The notes below the pieces were generated by a model. It did no database searches. It was not told the DNA's origin and worked only from the letters and a program-made list of their open reading frames with translations. A stretch of 64,000 bases of DNA from Alphaproteobacteria bacterium (lineage in GTDB: Bacteria; Pseudomonadota; Alphaproteobacteria; RF32; CAG-239), in the NCBI GenBank assembly GCA_017467515.1, contig JAFUSU010000004.1:621-64620 (forward strand), written 5' to 3'. Below are positions 49,979 to 59,049 of the stretch, piece after piece. A program made the translations under genes and the position numbers. Position 1 is the stretch's first letter. Each line of letters begins with the position of its first letter.

Positions 49979-51292
49979 TTGCTGGAGAATGCCAAATTAT
50001 ATGATAAGGATTATGATTCTAATGCAACCCGTTCATGGGGAACATCGACGGTTATTGCCGGTGTAACTTACTCTACGGGTTTGTTTTGGCAACCGTTGCA
50101 AAATAAAGACGATCCTTATACGGAAATAGAAGAATCTTCCGAGAGCGTTCAGGAAGGGGCTGACCTTTTTGTTATAAAACCTGGAAAAACGGTTCAATTT
50201 GGTATTTGCGCCAGTGGCGACGGCTATAAAAAAGGAACACAGTCTTTAGCTGTAACTGTTTCAACGGCGTTGTCCGAAAAATCATCTTTTGTCGCTGTGT
50301 TTAAGGTTGATAACGGATGGTGGTATTGTTGTGTTCGTAATGACATCATCTTGTCAGATGGGGATATGTTGTTTCTGAAAGAGGATGATGCCAAAGAACA
50401 GTTTATGTCTATGATGACGGTTCCTGATTGGGGACGCCGTATTGCACCCGCCGATTGGAATATTCCGGATACGGAAGACTTGCAATTAGAAGGAATTTTA
50501 TCAAGCGGCGTTAAAGCAAAATTACAAAAAATAAAAGCACTTAGAGGACCGAAGTTATACGCGATAATAGCTCTGTCTGCAGTTGTTAGTTTTTGGATTT
50601 TATCGTCTTTTGTGACAGATGTTTTGTTGGCCCCTAAAAGAGCCCCGATTGTCATTGCTCCGGTGAAGCCGAAAATTATGAAACCGGTAAAAAAAGCTCC
50701 GGAAATTAAGCCGTGGGAAAAAATAAAGGATCCGGAGCAAATACTGTCCTATTGCTATAGAGATGTAATGCTTTTTGTTAAAATTATGCCACCGGGATGG
50801 GAAATCGGAGGAGTGAATTGCGGAGAGAACGGAGCAACGGCTTCTTGGTCCAGAAATATTGGACGTATTTCTTGGATAGATAAAGCTTTAAATGAGTCTA
50901 AAATGTCTTTTTCCGCACGTTCTATTTCTGCAGATGGAAATACGCTTATTGCCAGTACCTATTATAAGCCGGTTCTTATAAAATCACCTCCGGTTTATAC
51001 GGAAATAGAACTCAAAAATATTGTAAATGACTTATTTCAGTCTTTGAGCCAGCCGATTTCGTTAACGGATACAACGGTTGTTGTGGAGCCTCCAAAGAAA
51101 ACAAGTCGTTTTCAAGAGAGTGAAGAGGAAGCGAAAGAATATAGAACGGTTAGTTTTACTTTTTCGGCGCCTCAAAATCCGCTGGTTTGGCAAGATATAT
51201 TAACAAAATTTTCAGGACTTGTAATGTATACTATAAAGTATGATACGAGAACAAGTATGTGGACTTATGAGGGAGCAATCTATGTTATATAA
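49979..51292 (+). CDS. PilO-position pilus-assembly protein (hypothetical; TTG start)
   Basis: 437 aa with one central TM helix (LYAIIALSAVVSFWILSSFV). Call is based on position and size (R64 PilO 431 aa) only. Confidence 0.35.
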   Translation: MLENAKLYDKDYDSNATRSWGTSTVIAGVTYSTGLFWQPLQNKDDPYTEIEESSESVQEGADLFVIKPGKTVQFGICASGDGYKKGTQSLAVTVSTALSEKSSFVAVFKVDNGWWYCCVRNDIILSDGDMLFLKEDDAKEQFMSMMTVPDWGRRIAPADWNIPDTEDLQLEGILSSGVKAKLQKIKALRGPKLYAIIALSAVVSFWILSSFVTDVLLAPKRAPIVIAPVKPKIMKPVKKAPEIKPWEKIKDPEQILSYCYRDVMLFVKIMPPGWEIGGVNCGENGATASWSRNIGRISWIDKALNESKMSFSARSISADGNTLIASTYYKPVLIKSPPVYTEIELKNIVNDLFQSLSQPISLTDTTVVVEPPKKTSRFQESEEEAKEYRTVSFTFSAPQNPLVWQDILTKFSGLVMYTIKYDTRTSMWTYEGAIYVI

Positions 51293-52811
51293 GACAAGCA
51301 ATATATTGAAAAATTCTTTTCTAACGATAGGATTAGCATATTTGCTAACCTCAACATGTTATGCGCAAAGCCCTTTAGATTTGGCCGATGATTCTATGCC
51401 GAAATTGTCTCTTGAGGAGGAAAACAGAGGACAAGAAGAGAATCAAACTCAAAATAATCAGGAAAGCAATACGGCTTCAGAACAAAATAGTGAAATTGCT
51501 CCCGTAGAAAACGGAGAAGGACCTTTATTCCCTGAAAATGGATCGGATAACACGCTGTCGCTTCAGAATCAACAGGAAGCACCTTTCTTTCCTGAAAATG
51601 CTTCGGATGACGCTTTTCCCCTTTCTGACCAACAAGAAAAGCCTTTGGGTTTAGATGAAAACGCTCTGGGCGGAGAAACAGGATCTCCTTTGGATGTGTC
51701 AAATACAGAGCTGAAAAATGAAAATCAGGAGATTTCCCCCAAAGAAGAACAGGATGCCGTATTAAATGCTTACAATAATTTTGTAGAGGCAACAGACAGA
51801 GAGGCCTTTGAAAATCCGCAGCAGAACAAAGGTTCGACCTTTGGTGACAAAATTATGGATCAGGTTAAAGAAGATTTGTTCTCGCAAATGGCAGATATTG
51901 AAAAGCAAACAAGTTTGTTGACTTTGGAATTAAAACGCGAAAAAATTAAAAATGAAATCGCGGCAATGCATGCAGAACGGCAAAAAGCAATAGAAGAAGA
52001 AAAAGAAAAACAACTTGAAAAAGAACGCCGTCAAAAAGAATGGGAAAGAGAGCAAGAAAGAAAACTTCTTGAGGAAAAACAAAAACTGAAAGAAACTGAA
52101 ATCAAGTTTGAAAAATTGCGTCAAGAACGTGTCTTGAAAGCATATAAAGAGAGTATGCTGAAAACAAATCAGGAATGGGTTGAATATAATGCGCGTCTTT
52201 ATAATCAATTAGTTAGAGAAGAAGAAGAACAAAATAATCTGCTTACAGTTCAAAAAGGGTATTTTAAGGATTTATCGGAAGGAATATCCGGCTTGGTTAC
52301 CGCGGCACAGCAAGCTAAAGAAAAATATAATCGGGAGATTGCAAACTTGCAAACTCAGGTTGCAATTTTGAAATCTAAGCTGGAAGCAGAAAAGAATGCA
52401 TTTGAAGAAAGCAAAAAAAGCGGTCCTAATCCTTTTGCTTTGGTAGAAGATGATCCTAATGCTTCAAAACAAAAAATTTCTGAAGAGTATGCCATTATGG
52501 AAATCAGTGGTAAAGGTGAAAAATTGGTAGCAAAGCTGATAAACAAAAATGGCGGAACTTTTATGGTTAAACCCGGAACAATTTTGAATACGGGGCATGT
52601 TATTGAAGAAATCACTCAAACGTACATTGTAACAGACAAAGGCGGTATAAAGGATTACTTATACTTCTCTGCCGGCGGTATTCTGGATAAAGAGCCGACC
52701 AAAACGATTAACGCTGCGCCAAAAGCAAGTGTTGCATCGCAAGAAAATGAGGGCGCAGAAATAGAAGCCACACCGGTACCGAGCTTAAGAGAAGGTATGT
52801 TTGTAGAGTAG
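51282..52811 (+). CDS. PilP-position protein: signal peptide, Glu/Gln-rich repeats, long E/R/K-rich helix and a PilP/GspC-HR-like C-terminal beta domain
   Basis: Signal peptide ending TSTCYAQS. 20-aa tandem repeat (PLFPENGSDNTLSLQNQQEA / PFFPENASDDAFPLSDQQEK). ER/K-rich helix KAIEEEKEKQLEKERRQKEWEREQERKLLEEKQKLKETE. C-terminal EISGKGEKLVAKLINKNGGTFMVKPGTILNTGHVIEEI. Confidence 0.4.
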   Translation: MLYKTSNILKNSFLTIGLAYLLTSTCYAQSPLDLADDSMPKLSLEEENRGQEENQTQNNQESNTASEQNSEIAPVENGEGPLFPENGSDNTLSLQNQQEAPFFPENASDDAFPLSDQQEKPLGLDENALGGETGSPLDVSNTELKNENQEISPKEEQDAVLNAYNNFVEATDREAFENPQQNKGSTFGDKIMDQVKEDLFSQMADIEKQTSLLTLELKREKIKNEIAAMHAERQKAIEEEKEKQLEKERRQKEWEREQERKLLEEKQKLKETEIKFEKLRQERVLKAYKESMLKTNQEWVEYNARLYNQLVREEEEQNNLLTVQKGYFKDLSEGISGLVTAAQQAKEKYNREIANLQTQVAILKSKLEAEKNAFEESKKSGPNPFALVEDDPNASKQKISEEYAIMEISGKGEKLVAKLINKNGGTFMVKPGTILNTGHVIEEITQTYIVTDKGGIKDYLYFSAGGILDKEPTKTINAAPKASVASQENEGAEIEATPVPSLREGMFVE

Positions 52812-52815
52812 GAAT

Positions 52816-54492
52816 ATGGCAGAGGAAGATGAAAAAAAAGAAATAGAGGCAGAAAATGCCGCTTCAGAACAACAGAAGTCGGCAGAGGCTTCGTCTTCCT
52901 CTGATACAGATATAGAAAAAACAAGCCTTATTCAATCACTTTTTACGGCAGGAAATAAACTTCTTACCTTACCGAATTCCCAAACAATTTCTGTCGGTGA
53001 TGATACGCGCCGACTATTAGCGTTATTTTCAGACGGACGTTTTTTAGTTGTCGAAACACACAAATTCGACGGCCGTGTGATGAGCTTTCAGGTTCTGGCT
53101 AAACGAAAAGGTTTGCGCTTCGGAAAGCCTATTTTTATCAGCCAAAATGAACTGAATGCAATATATGCATATGGTGAGCGTTCAGCGCCTGTTGAGTTGT
53201 CAGAAAGAGAAGTTGAAGAAAACCAACTTCAAATGCAACGTGACTTTGTTAATGTTGTTGCCAGAGCAGCCTCCGTAAAGGTATCGGATATTCACGTCGT
53301 TGTTGCAGATAGTACGCAAATTATGTTTAGAGTTAACGGTATGATGCAAACCGTTATGGAATACGATGCACAATGGGGAGAATCTTTTGTTCGTGCGGCA
53401 TTTGCTTCTGCCGATATTTCAGACTCTAACTATACGCAAAACGAATTTCAGGGCGCACAAAAATTAGGTTCTACACCTTTAAGAGGTTCAAACGGTAAAT
53501 TGATGTTGCCGCACAACGTGTTGGCAATTCGTTTACAATTTAATCCGATAGCTTTTGGGTCGCAATATTTGGTTATGCGTTTGTTGTATGCCGATGATAA
53601 TCCGGATGGAAGTGGCGATTTGTCTTCACTGGGATTTGGAGAATATGAAGAAAATTTGTTCTATCGATTGCGCTCTGTTCCCACGGGATTAAGCATTATT
53701 GCCGGTCCGACAGGATCAGGTAAAAGTACGACTTTGCAACGCAATATGATCAAATTATTGCAAGAGAAAAATTATGAACTCAATCTGATTACGGTTGAAG
53801 ATCCGCCGGAGTATCCAATTCCCGGTGCTCGGCAGATGCCGGTGACCAACGCAAATAATGAAGAAGAAAAAGATGAAATGTTTACAAAGGCTCTGTCAGC
53901 CGCATTACGTTCAGACCCTGACGTTATTATGGTTGGTGAGATACGATCATTGTCTGCGGCAGAATTAACATTCAAAGGCGCCTTATCAGGACACGGCGTT
54001 TGGTCAACTTTACACGCAAACTCCGCTCCTGCAATCATTACCCGTTTGCGAGATATGGGAATACAAAAATTTATGTTGGCAGATCCGGAATTAATGAAAG
54101 GATTAATTTCTCAACGTTTATTTAGAAGATTGTGCCCGCACTGCCGTAAAAGTGTTAAGGATATTTTGGATCATCCGGCTGTAAAACGTTTGAAAATTGC
54201 TCTGGGTGATTTTGGCTTAGAGAATGCATTTGTGCGAGGTCCCGGATGCAAATATTGCGATAATCGCGGCGTTAAAGGTCGTTTATGTGTTCCTGAAATT
54301 ATATTGCCCGATGCGACGTTTTTGGAATTAATGATTGAGAGCCAAACACGTAAGGCGATTGATTATTGGACGAGCGATTTAAACGGGAGAACCTTAAAAG
54401 ATGCTGCAATCGAGCGTATGCTTAAAGGCTTGATAGATTTAGAAGAAGTAGAGCGCTGGTGTGGTTTGTTAGACCAACGACCGGTATATTAG
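52816..54492 (+). CDS. GspE/PilB-family secretion ATPase (PilQ-like)
   Basis: Walker A GPTGSGKST, Asp box/Walker B DPDVIMVGEIR, His box VWSTLHANSA and tetracysteine CPHC...CKYC. 558 aa. Confidence 0.85.
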   Translation: MAEEDEKKEIEAENAASEQQKSAEASSSSDTDIEKTSLIQSLFTAGNKLLTLPNSQTISVGDDTRRLLALFSDGRFLVVETHKFDGRVMSFQVLAKRKGLRFGKPIFISQNELNAIYAYGERSAPVELSEREVEENQLQMQRDFVNVVARAASVKVSDIHVVVADSTQIMFRVNGMMQTVMEYDAQWGESFVRAAFASADISDSNYTQNEFQGAQKLGSTPLRGSNGKLMLPHNVLAIRLQFNPIAFGSQYLVMRLLYADDNPDGSGDLSSLGFGEYEENLFYRLRSVPTGLSIIAGPTGSGKSTTLQRNMIKLLQEKNYELNLITVEDPPEYPIPGARQMPVTNANNEEEKDEMFTKALSAALRSDPDVIMVGEIRSLSAAELTFKGALSGHGVWSTLHANSAPAIITRLRDMGIQKFMLADPELMKGLISQRLFRRLCPHCRKSVKDILDHPAVKRLKIALGDFGLENAFVRGPGCKYCDNRGVKGRLCVPEIILPDATFLELMIESQTRKAIDYWTSDLNGRTLKDAAIERMLKGLIDLEEVERWCGLLDQRPVY

Positions 54493-54501
54493 GAGTAAGA
54501 A

Positions 54502-55617
54502 ATGGCAGAAATCAAAGGAAGACCCACGAAAAAAAATTTAAGAAAAATTAGTGCCGTAGAAGTAAAATACGCACAGATGGTTTGTTTGATGTCAAATAAA
54601 GTACGCTTAAAAATATATCGCAAGCTGGCATCATTAATGGCAAACCGCTTTTCTTTAATGGATGCGCTGGATTTGCTGTATAACGGGGCCAGTGATAATG
54701 GAAAAAAGCCTTACGAACCAATGGCTATAGCAATCGTTTCCTGGATGAAAATTTTACAAAACGGTCTTTCTTTTGCCGATGCCTTAAAAGGCTGGGCGCC
54801 GGGGCGTGAACGTTTAATGCTTTCAACAGGTGATGTTTCAAATTTGGAAAGTGCATTATTAAACCTGATTAAAGTAACGGAAGGTTCGACCAAAATGATT
54901 CGTCCTATTATCGGTGCAATTGCTTATCCTGCCTTTTTGATGATGATGTCTGTTTTGATTTTGTATGCAATAGGTGTTTATATGGTGCCGCCGATGCAAG
55001 AGGCTGCCCCAACAATGAAATGGACGGGAATGGCGGCCGATTTGGTTGGTGTTTCTGAGTGGATTCAAGTCTATTGGGCGATTGCTTTTGCCGCATTACC
55101 TGTTGTTATGATGGTTATATATTTCACTATAGGAATTTGGATTGGTAAAGTAAGAGTGATATTTGACAGATTTCCACCGTGGTCTTTATATAAAATCTTT
55201 ATCGGTATCAGTTGGCTACTGGCAATGGCAGCATTAATTAAAGGCGGTACGCCGATATCAAGTGCAATGAGTGCATTAAGACGTGATGCCAACCCTTATT
55301 TGAGAGAAAGAATAGATAAAGCATTGCGTTATATTAATAACGGTGACAACTTGGGACAGGCTCTTTATAAAACGGAACTTGAGTTTCCGGATAAGGAAAT
55401 CATCTCGGATTTGGCTGTTTATTCTGAATTGGATAATTTTGAGGAAGCAATAGATAATTTAGCAAATGAGTGGCTGGAAGAGTCTGTTTATATTATTGAA
55501 CAAAGAGCCTCTATTTTAAATATGTTGGCATTGTTGTCCATCGGTGGTATTATTGCGTGGGCAGTAATGGGCGTATTTGATATGCAAGATCAAATTACCA
55601 GCACAATGGGTAAATAA
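54502..55617 (+). CDS. GspF/PilC-family polytopic inner-membrane platform protein (PilR-like)
   Basis: 371 aa with three or more TM helices and duplicated cytoplasmic helical domains. Immediately downstream of the GspE-like ATPase, as pilQ-pilR. Confidence 0.7.
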   Translation: MAEIKGRPTKKNLRKISAVEVKYAQMVCLMSNKVRLKIYRKLASLMANRFSLMDALDLLYNGASDNGKKPYEPMAIAIVSWMKILQNGLSFADALKGWAPGRERLMLSTGDVSNLESALLNLIKVTEGSTKMIRPIIGAIAYPAFLMMMSVLILYAIGVYMVPPMQEAAPTMKWTGMAADLVGVSEWIQVYWAIAFAALPVVMMVIYFTIGIWIGKVRVIFDRFPPWSLYKIFIGISWLLAMAALIKGGTPISSAMSALRRDANPYLRERIDKALRYINNGDNLGQALYKTELEFPDKEIISDLAVYSELDNFEEAIDNLANEWLEESVYIIEQRASILNMLALLSIGGIIAWAVMGVFDMQDQITSTMGK

Positions 55618-55618
55618 A

Positions 55619-56158
55619 ATGAGAAATAAAGAGAAATTTATAATGTATATTTGGCTTTGCTCACTGGTAGCTATCGTTGCTGTTGGTATATTATTGTGCT
55701 TGCAGCGCCCGTCAAGCGAAATAGTGCAAGCAAACAGAGAGATATTGTCAACGGCAGATAAAATTCGCTCTTTTTACAGAAACAGACCTGACTATTGGGG
55801 GTTGGATACCAATGATGTTATCAGTCACAAGCTTTATGCAGGACATAAAAAAGGTCAAGTAATAGTCAATAATTTAGGGCAGGAGGTTGTGATTGGCAGT
55901 GATGCTGAGGGAACAAAAATAATGCCCGGACAAAGAATTTTTACCATAAGCTATCTGAAAACAAATAAAAAGCAATGTATAGAATTAGCTTCTTTCCGTT
56001 GGCAAGAAGAAGGGAAGTTAGGTCTGATATCGTTCAAGGTAAAGAACGGTTCCGGTGAATATGAATTTAGCTGGGGGAATAAAGGATTGCCATTGAGCAG
56101 AAACTATGCTAAACAATATTGTGAGGAAGAAAATAATTTGTCTTGGACATTTGAATAG
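55619..56158 (+). CDS. Pilin-like protein (non-canonical N-terminus)
   Basis: About 179 aa from the ATG at 55619 (the listed ORF starts at 55577). Short basic N-terminus MRNKEK, then a 22-aa hydrophobic helix, then a globular domain with a C-terminal Cys pair (QCIELASF...YCEEENN). No G/F-x-x-x-E prepilin cleavage motif. Confidence 0.35.
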   Translation: MRNKEKFIMYIWLCSLVAIVAVGILLCLQRPSSEIVQANREILSTADKIRSFYRNRPDYWGLDTNDVISHKLYAGHKKGQVIVNNLGQEVVIGSDAEGTKIMPGQRIFTISYLKTNKKQCIELASFRWQEEGKLGLISFKVKNGSGEYEFSWGNKGLPLSRNYAKQYCEEENNLSWTFE

Positions 56159-56252
56159 TAGCCGAAAGATTAAGAGGAATATTAAGATATTATTCATAAA
56201 AAAAGGTGTATGCTTGATTAGATAAAAGAACGGGTACAACTGGGGAAAACAG

Positions 56253-56543
56253 ATGAGAGAGATGATTCTAAAAGCAGTTGCAAATCCTCCAAAGATACTT
56301 TGGGGGCCCTTTTTGCCGACACTGCTTAATTTAGGAATTCAATTTCCCTTTATGTTTATGTGTATGGGTATATGGAACGTAAATCCGTTAATTTTTATAG
56401 CAACAATCGGCCTTGGTCATATTTTTGTGATTTTTTTGGGAACAAAAGATCCGCATATTTCCACAATGATACAAGCTTATGGGCAAGGACGAGTTTTGAG
56501 TACAAACCTTTATAAATGTAAGGGGAATAAATTTGCGCCCTGA
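56253..56543 (+). CDS. VirB3/TrbD-family type IV secretion protein
   Basis: 96 aa with two TM segments. ILWGPFLPTLLNLGIQFP and HIFVIFLGTKDPHISTMIQAY match the VirB3 family pattern. 11-nt overlap with the following ATPase gene. Confidence 0.65.
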   Translation: MREMILKAVANPPKILWGPFLPTLLNLGIQFPFMFMCMGIWNVNPLIFIATIGLGHIFVIFLGTKDPHISTMIQAYGQGRVLSTNLYKCKGNKFAP

Positions 56544-58968
56544 TGATTTTGACTTTTTTTCCATATTTGTTCAAAGTCTGAGCAGTATGGAGGTTATTGT
56601 AGCGGTTATCGGATTCGTTGCGGCAGCCGCATTTGCCGGTGTTTGGGTTACAAAATTCGGACATTATATTTTACCTGAACCGCATGAATCGCGGGTAGCG
56701 GATTTTTTACCGTTTACAAAATTGATGGCCGACGGCATTACCATTCGGTGCTATAATGGTTCATTTGCCCGTGTTTTTAAAGTAGAAGGTGTCGATCTGA
56801 GCTTTGTGACGGAAGAAAAAAGTATGTCAATGATGGAAGCTCGCAAGCTCTGGATTGACAGTATGGGCGAATTACAGGTTACATGCCGCGTTATCACTCT
56901 GCGCGATAAATCTGAGATGGAGGAGGATAAGGGCGATTTTGGAAATCCGATATTGGCGCAAGTTTCTGAAACATGGCATAATACCCTAGACAGAATATAT
57001 AGCAATACACACTATATTATTTTATCCGTAGCGGATCGCGCAGATGCTCTGAAAGATTTAAATTATACTTCACAGTCTTTAATGGCAACGTTAAATGATT
57101 ACGGGGTAAAACCGATGTATGAAACGGAGGACAGTCCGGCCTCTGAAAGTCCTTTTTCCGTATTCAGCCGTATATGTAGCCCGATTAGCAAACCTGAGCC
57201 GAAAGTCAGAGGAAGTGAAGGGTATGAGCTGAACGAAATGTTGACGGCAGATCATATCCATTTTACGGAAGAACAAGGGGTTATTAAGTTCTTTTCGGGA
57301 ACAAAAGAAAAATATGCAATTGTTATGGGGATCAGAACACCCGGCGATTATATGGATGAAAATATGATAGCGGGGTTGCTGTCAATTAACTGCGAGTTGA
57401 CCTTGTTGCATAATATCAGTCCGATGTTTAAGCCTAAAGCCAGAGCTTTATTAATGCAACAACAAAGAATGGCAACGTCAACAAGCTTTTCTGCTGATGT
57501 CGTTGCTCAATACAGTGAAGCTTTGTCTGCAATAGAAGATAGCGATGCCGATTATCAGGCTCTGACAGAATATGCGATGGATATTATTATCCGTGGTGAC
57601 AGTATGGAGGAGGTTGATTTCGGAGAAAGTGAAGTTCAAAGAATTTGCCGATTGTTCAGTGTAACCCCTGTTCGAGAAGGGTGGGTTGCACAAGCTGCAT
57701 TCTTTAACCAGTTTCCGACATACGATATTTTCCCGAGAACTTATCGCTATTTATCGCGCGTTGTTGCTATGGCGGTATGTTTTGATAAGCCGGCAGAAGG
57801 GTTTAGTAAAAGTGACTGGGGTCCGGGGGCAATCAGTATCTTTAGAACAACAGCCGGATCCGCCTATCGATTCCAATTCCATGTTTCAAGCGAAGATGCT
57901 GCAGTGGCACACTGCTGTATTATAGGTCCGACCGGTCAAGGTAAAACAACATTACTGACGTTTTTAGCCGGTCAAGCAATGCGTCACAAAGATTTAAAAG
58001 TATTCTTCTTTGATCGTCACCGTGGTGCTGAAATATTTACCAGAGCAGTTCAAGGGGCTTATATCGGTTTTGATGGTGATGAGAAGAATGTTTCATTGAA
58101 TCCGTTTGCCTGCGAAAATAATCCGAATAACAGAGCATTTCTTCGCCGTTGGTTGAAAGCCATTACAATGGTAGATGATGCATTATCGGAAAGAGAAATC
58201 GGACGAGCGGTTACAACTTCTTTTGATTACTTGAAGCCGGAAGAAAGAATTTTAAAAAATCTGTATAAGAGCTGTTTTTCACCAACGGGTAATATGCGTC
58301 GCGAACTCTATCGTTGGATTAATCCGGAACAATACGGTAATATCTTCAATTCTGAAACAGATAGCTTGGATTTACGTTCAAAACGTTTTACCGCATTTGA
58401 TTTCACGCATATTTTTGAAGATGAAACTTTAGCTCCGGCCGTTATCAGCTATATTATGCATCGTATTCAGTCCGAAGTAGGTGATGCAGGTGTTCCGTCA
58501 TTAATTATGATTGATGAAACGGCGCCGATGTTAAAACATCCGATGTTCCGTGATTACTTTATGATCGGTCTGCAAGAGGGTCGTAAAAAACGCCAAGCTT
58601 ATTTATGTGCATTCCAACAGCCTAATATTATTGATAAACTCGGTGTAGGTGAAGTTATTCGCGGTCAATGTCAGACGATTATTTTCTTCCGTAATCCGCA
58701 AGCAATGCCGGAGGATTATGCAAACTGGAATCTGACACAACGAGAAATAGACTTTATTTTCGGTAAGACATATCGAGATTTCCCGTATGCCATCTTATTA
58801 TCGCGTCCGGCAACGGGTGAGTCTGTTATTTTAGACGTTGATTTAAGCGGATTAGGACCGTATTTACGATTGTACAATTCAAGTCGCAAAAATGTATTAT
58901 TGGTTCAGGATTTAATAAAGGAGTATGGAGAAGCAAACTTTGTTACAAAATATTTAAATATTGCGTGA
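56533..58968 (+). CDS. VirB4/TrbE/CagE-family type IV secretion ATPase
   Basis: 811 aa. N-terminal TM helix. Walker A CIIGPTGQGKTT near residue 465. Walker B LIMIDETAP near 660. Size and motif spacing typical of VirB4. TTG start translationally coupled to the VirB3-like gene. Confidence 0.85.
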   Translation: MRPDDFDFFSIFVQSLSSMEVIVAVIGFVAAAAFAGVWVTKFGHYILPEPHESRVADFLPFTKLMADGITIRCYNGSFARVFKVEGVDLSFVTEEKSMSMMEARKLWIDSMGELQVTCRVITLRDKSEMEEDKGDFGNPILAQVSETWHNTLDRIYSNTHYIILSVADRADALKDLNYTSQSLMATLNDYGVKPMYETEDSPASESPFSVFSRICSPISKPEPKVRGSEGYELNEMLTADHIHFTEEQGVIKFFSGTKEKYAIVMGIRTPGDYMDENMIAGLLSINCELTLLHNISPMFKPKARALLMQQQRMATSTSFSADVVAQYSEALSAIEDSDADYQALTEYAMDIIIRGDSMEEVDFGESEVQRICRLFSVTPVREGWVAQAAFFNQFPTYDIFPRTYRYLSRVVAMAVCFDKPAEGFSKSDWGPGAISIFRTTAGSAYRFQFHVSSEDAAVAHCCIIGPTGQGKTTLLTFLAGQAMRHKDLKVFFFDRHRGAEIFTRAVQGAYIGFDGDEKNVSLNPFACENNPNNRAFLRRWLKAITMVDDALSEREIGRAVTTSFDYLKPEERILKNLYKSCFSPTGNMRRELYRWINPEQYGNIFNSETDSLDLRSKRFTAFDFTHIFEDETLAPAVISYIMHRIQSEVGDAGVPSLIMIDETAPMLKHPMFRDYFMIGLQEGRKKRQAYLCAFQQPNIIDKLGVGEVIRGQCQTIIFFRNPQAMPEDYANWNLTQREIDFIFGKTYRDFPYAILLSRPATGESVILDVDLSGLGPYLRLYNSSRKNVLLVQDLIKEYGEANFVTKYLNIA

Positions 58969-59049
58969 TTTTACTGAAAAGTGTTTATCAACGGCAGAAT
59001 TTTTGTTAGAATAAAGTCTGGGAAGCTTCTTTGTGTTAAGGAGGGTATA

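Noticed and set aside
52816-55617. Interpretation of the ATPase/platform pair as a Tad/Flp (TadA-TadB/C) system or as a VirB11
   Set aside because: The ATPase is 558 aa with the GspE-type tetracysteine and His box, not the ~340-aa VirB11 or Zn-less TadA. The secretin is a PilN-type lipoprotein, and the gene order matches pilL-S rather than cpa/tad.
47729-58968. Dot/Icm (type IVB) or IncI Tra system
   Set aside because: Those systems lack a secretin and a GspF-like platform protein and use a VirB11-like DotB/TraJ. Nothing here resembles DotC/D/G/H.
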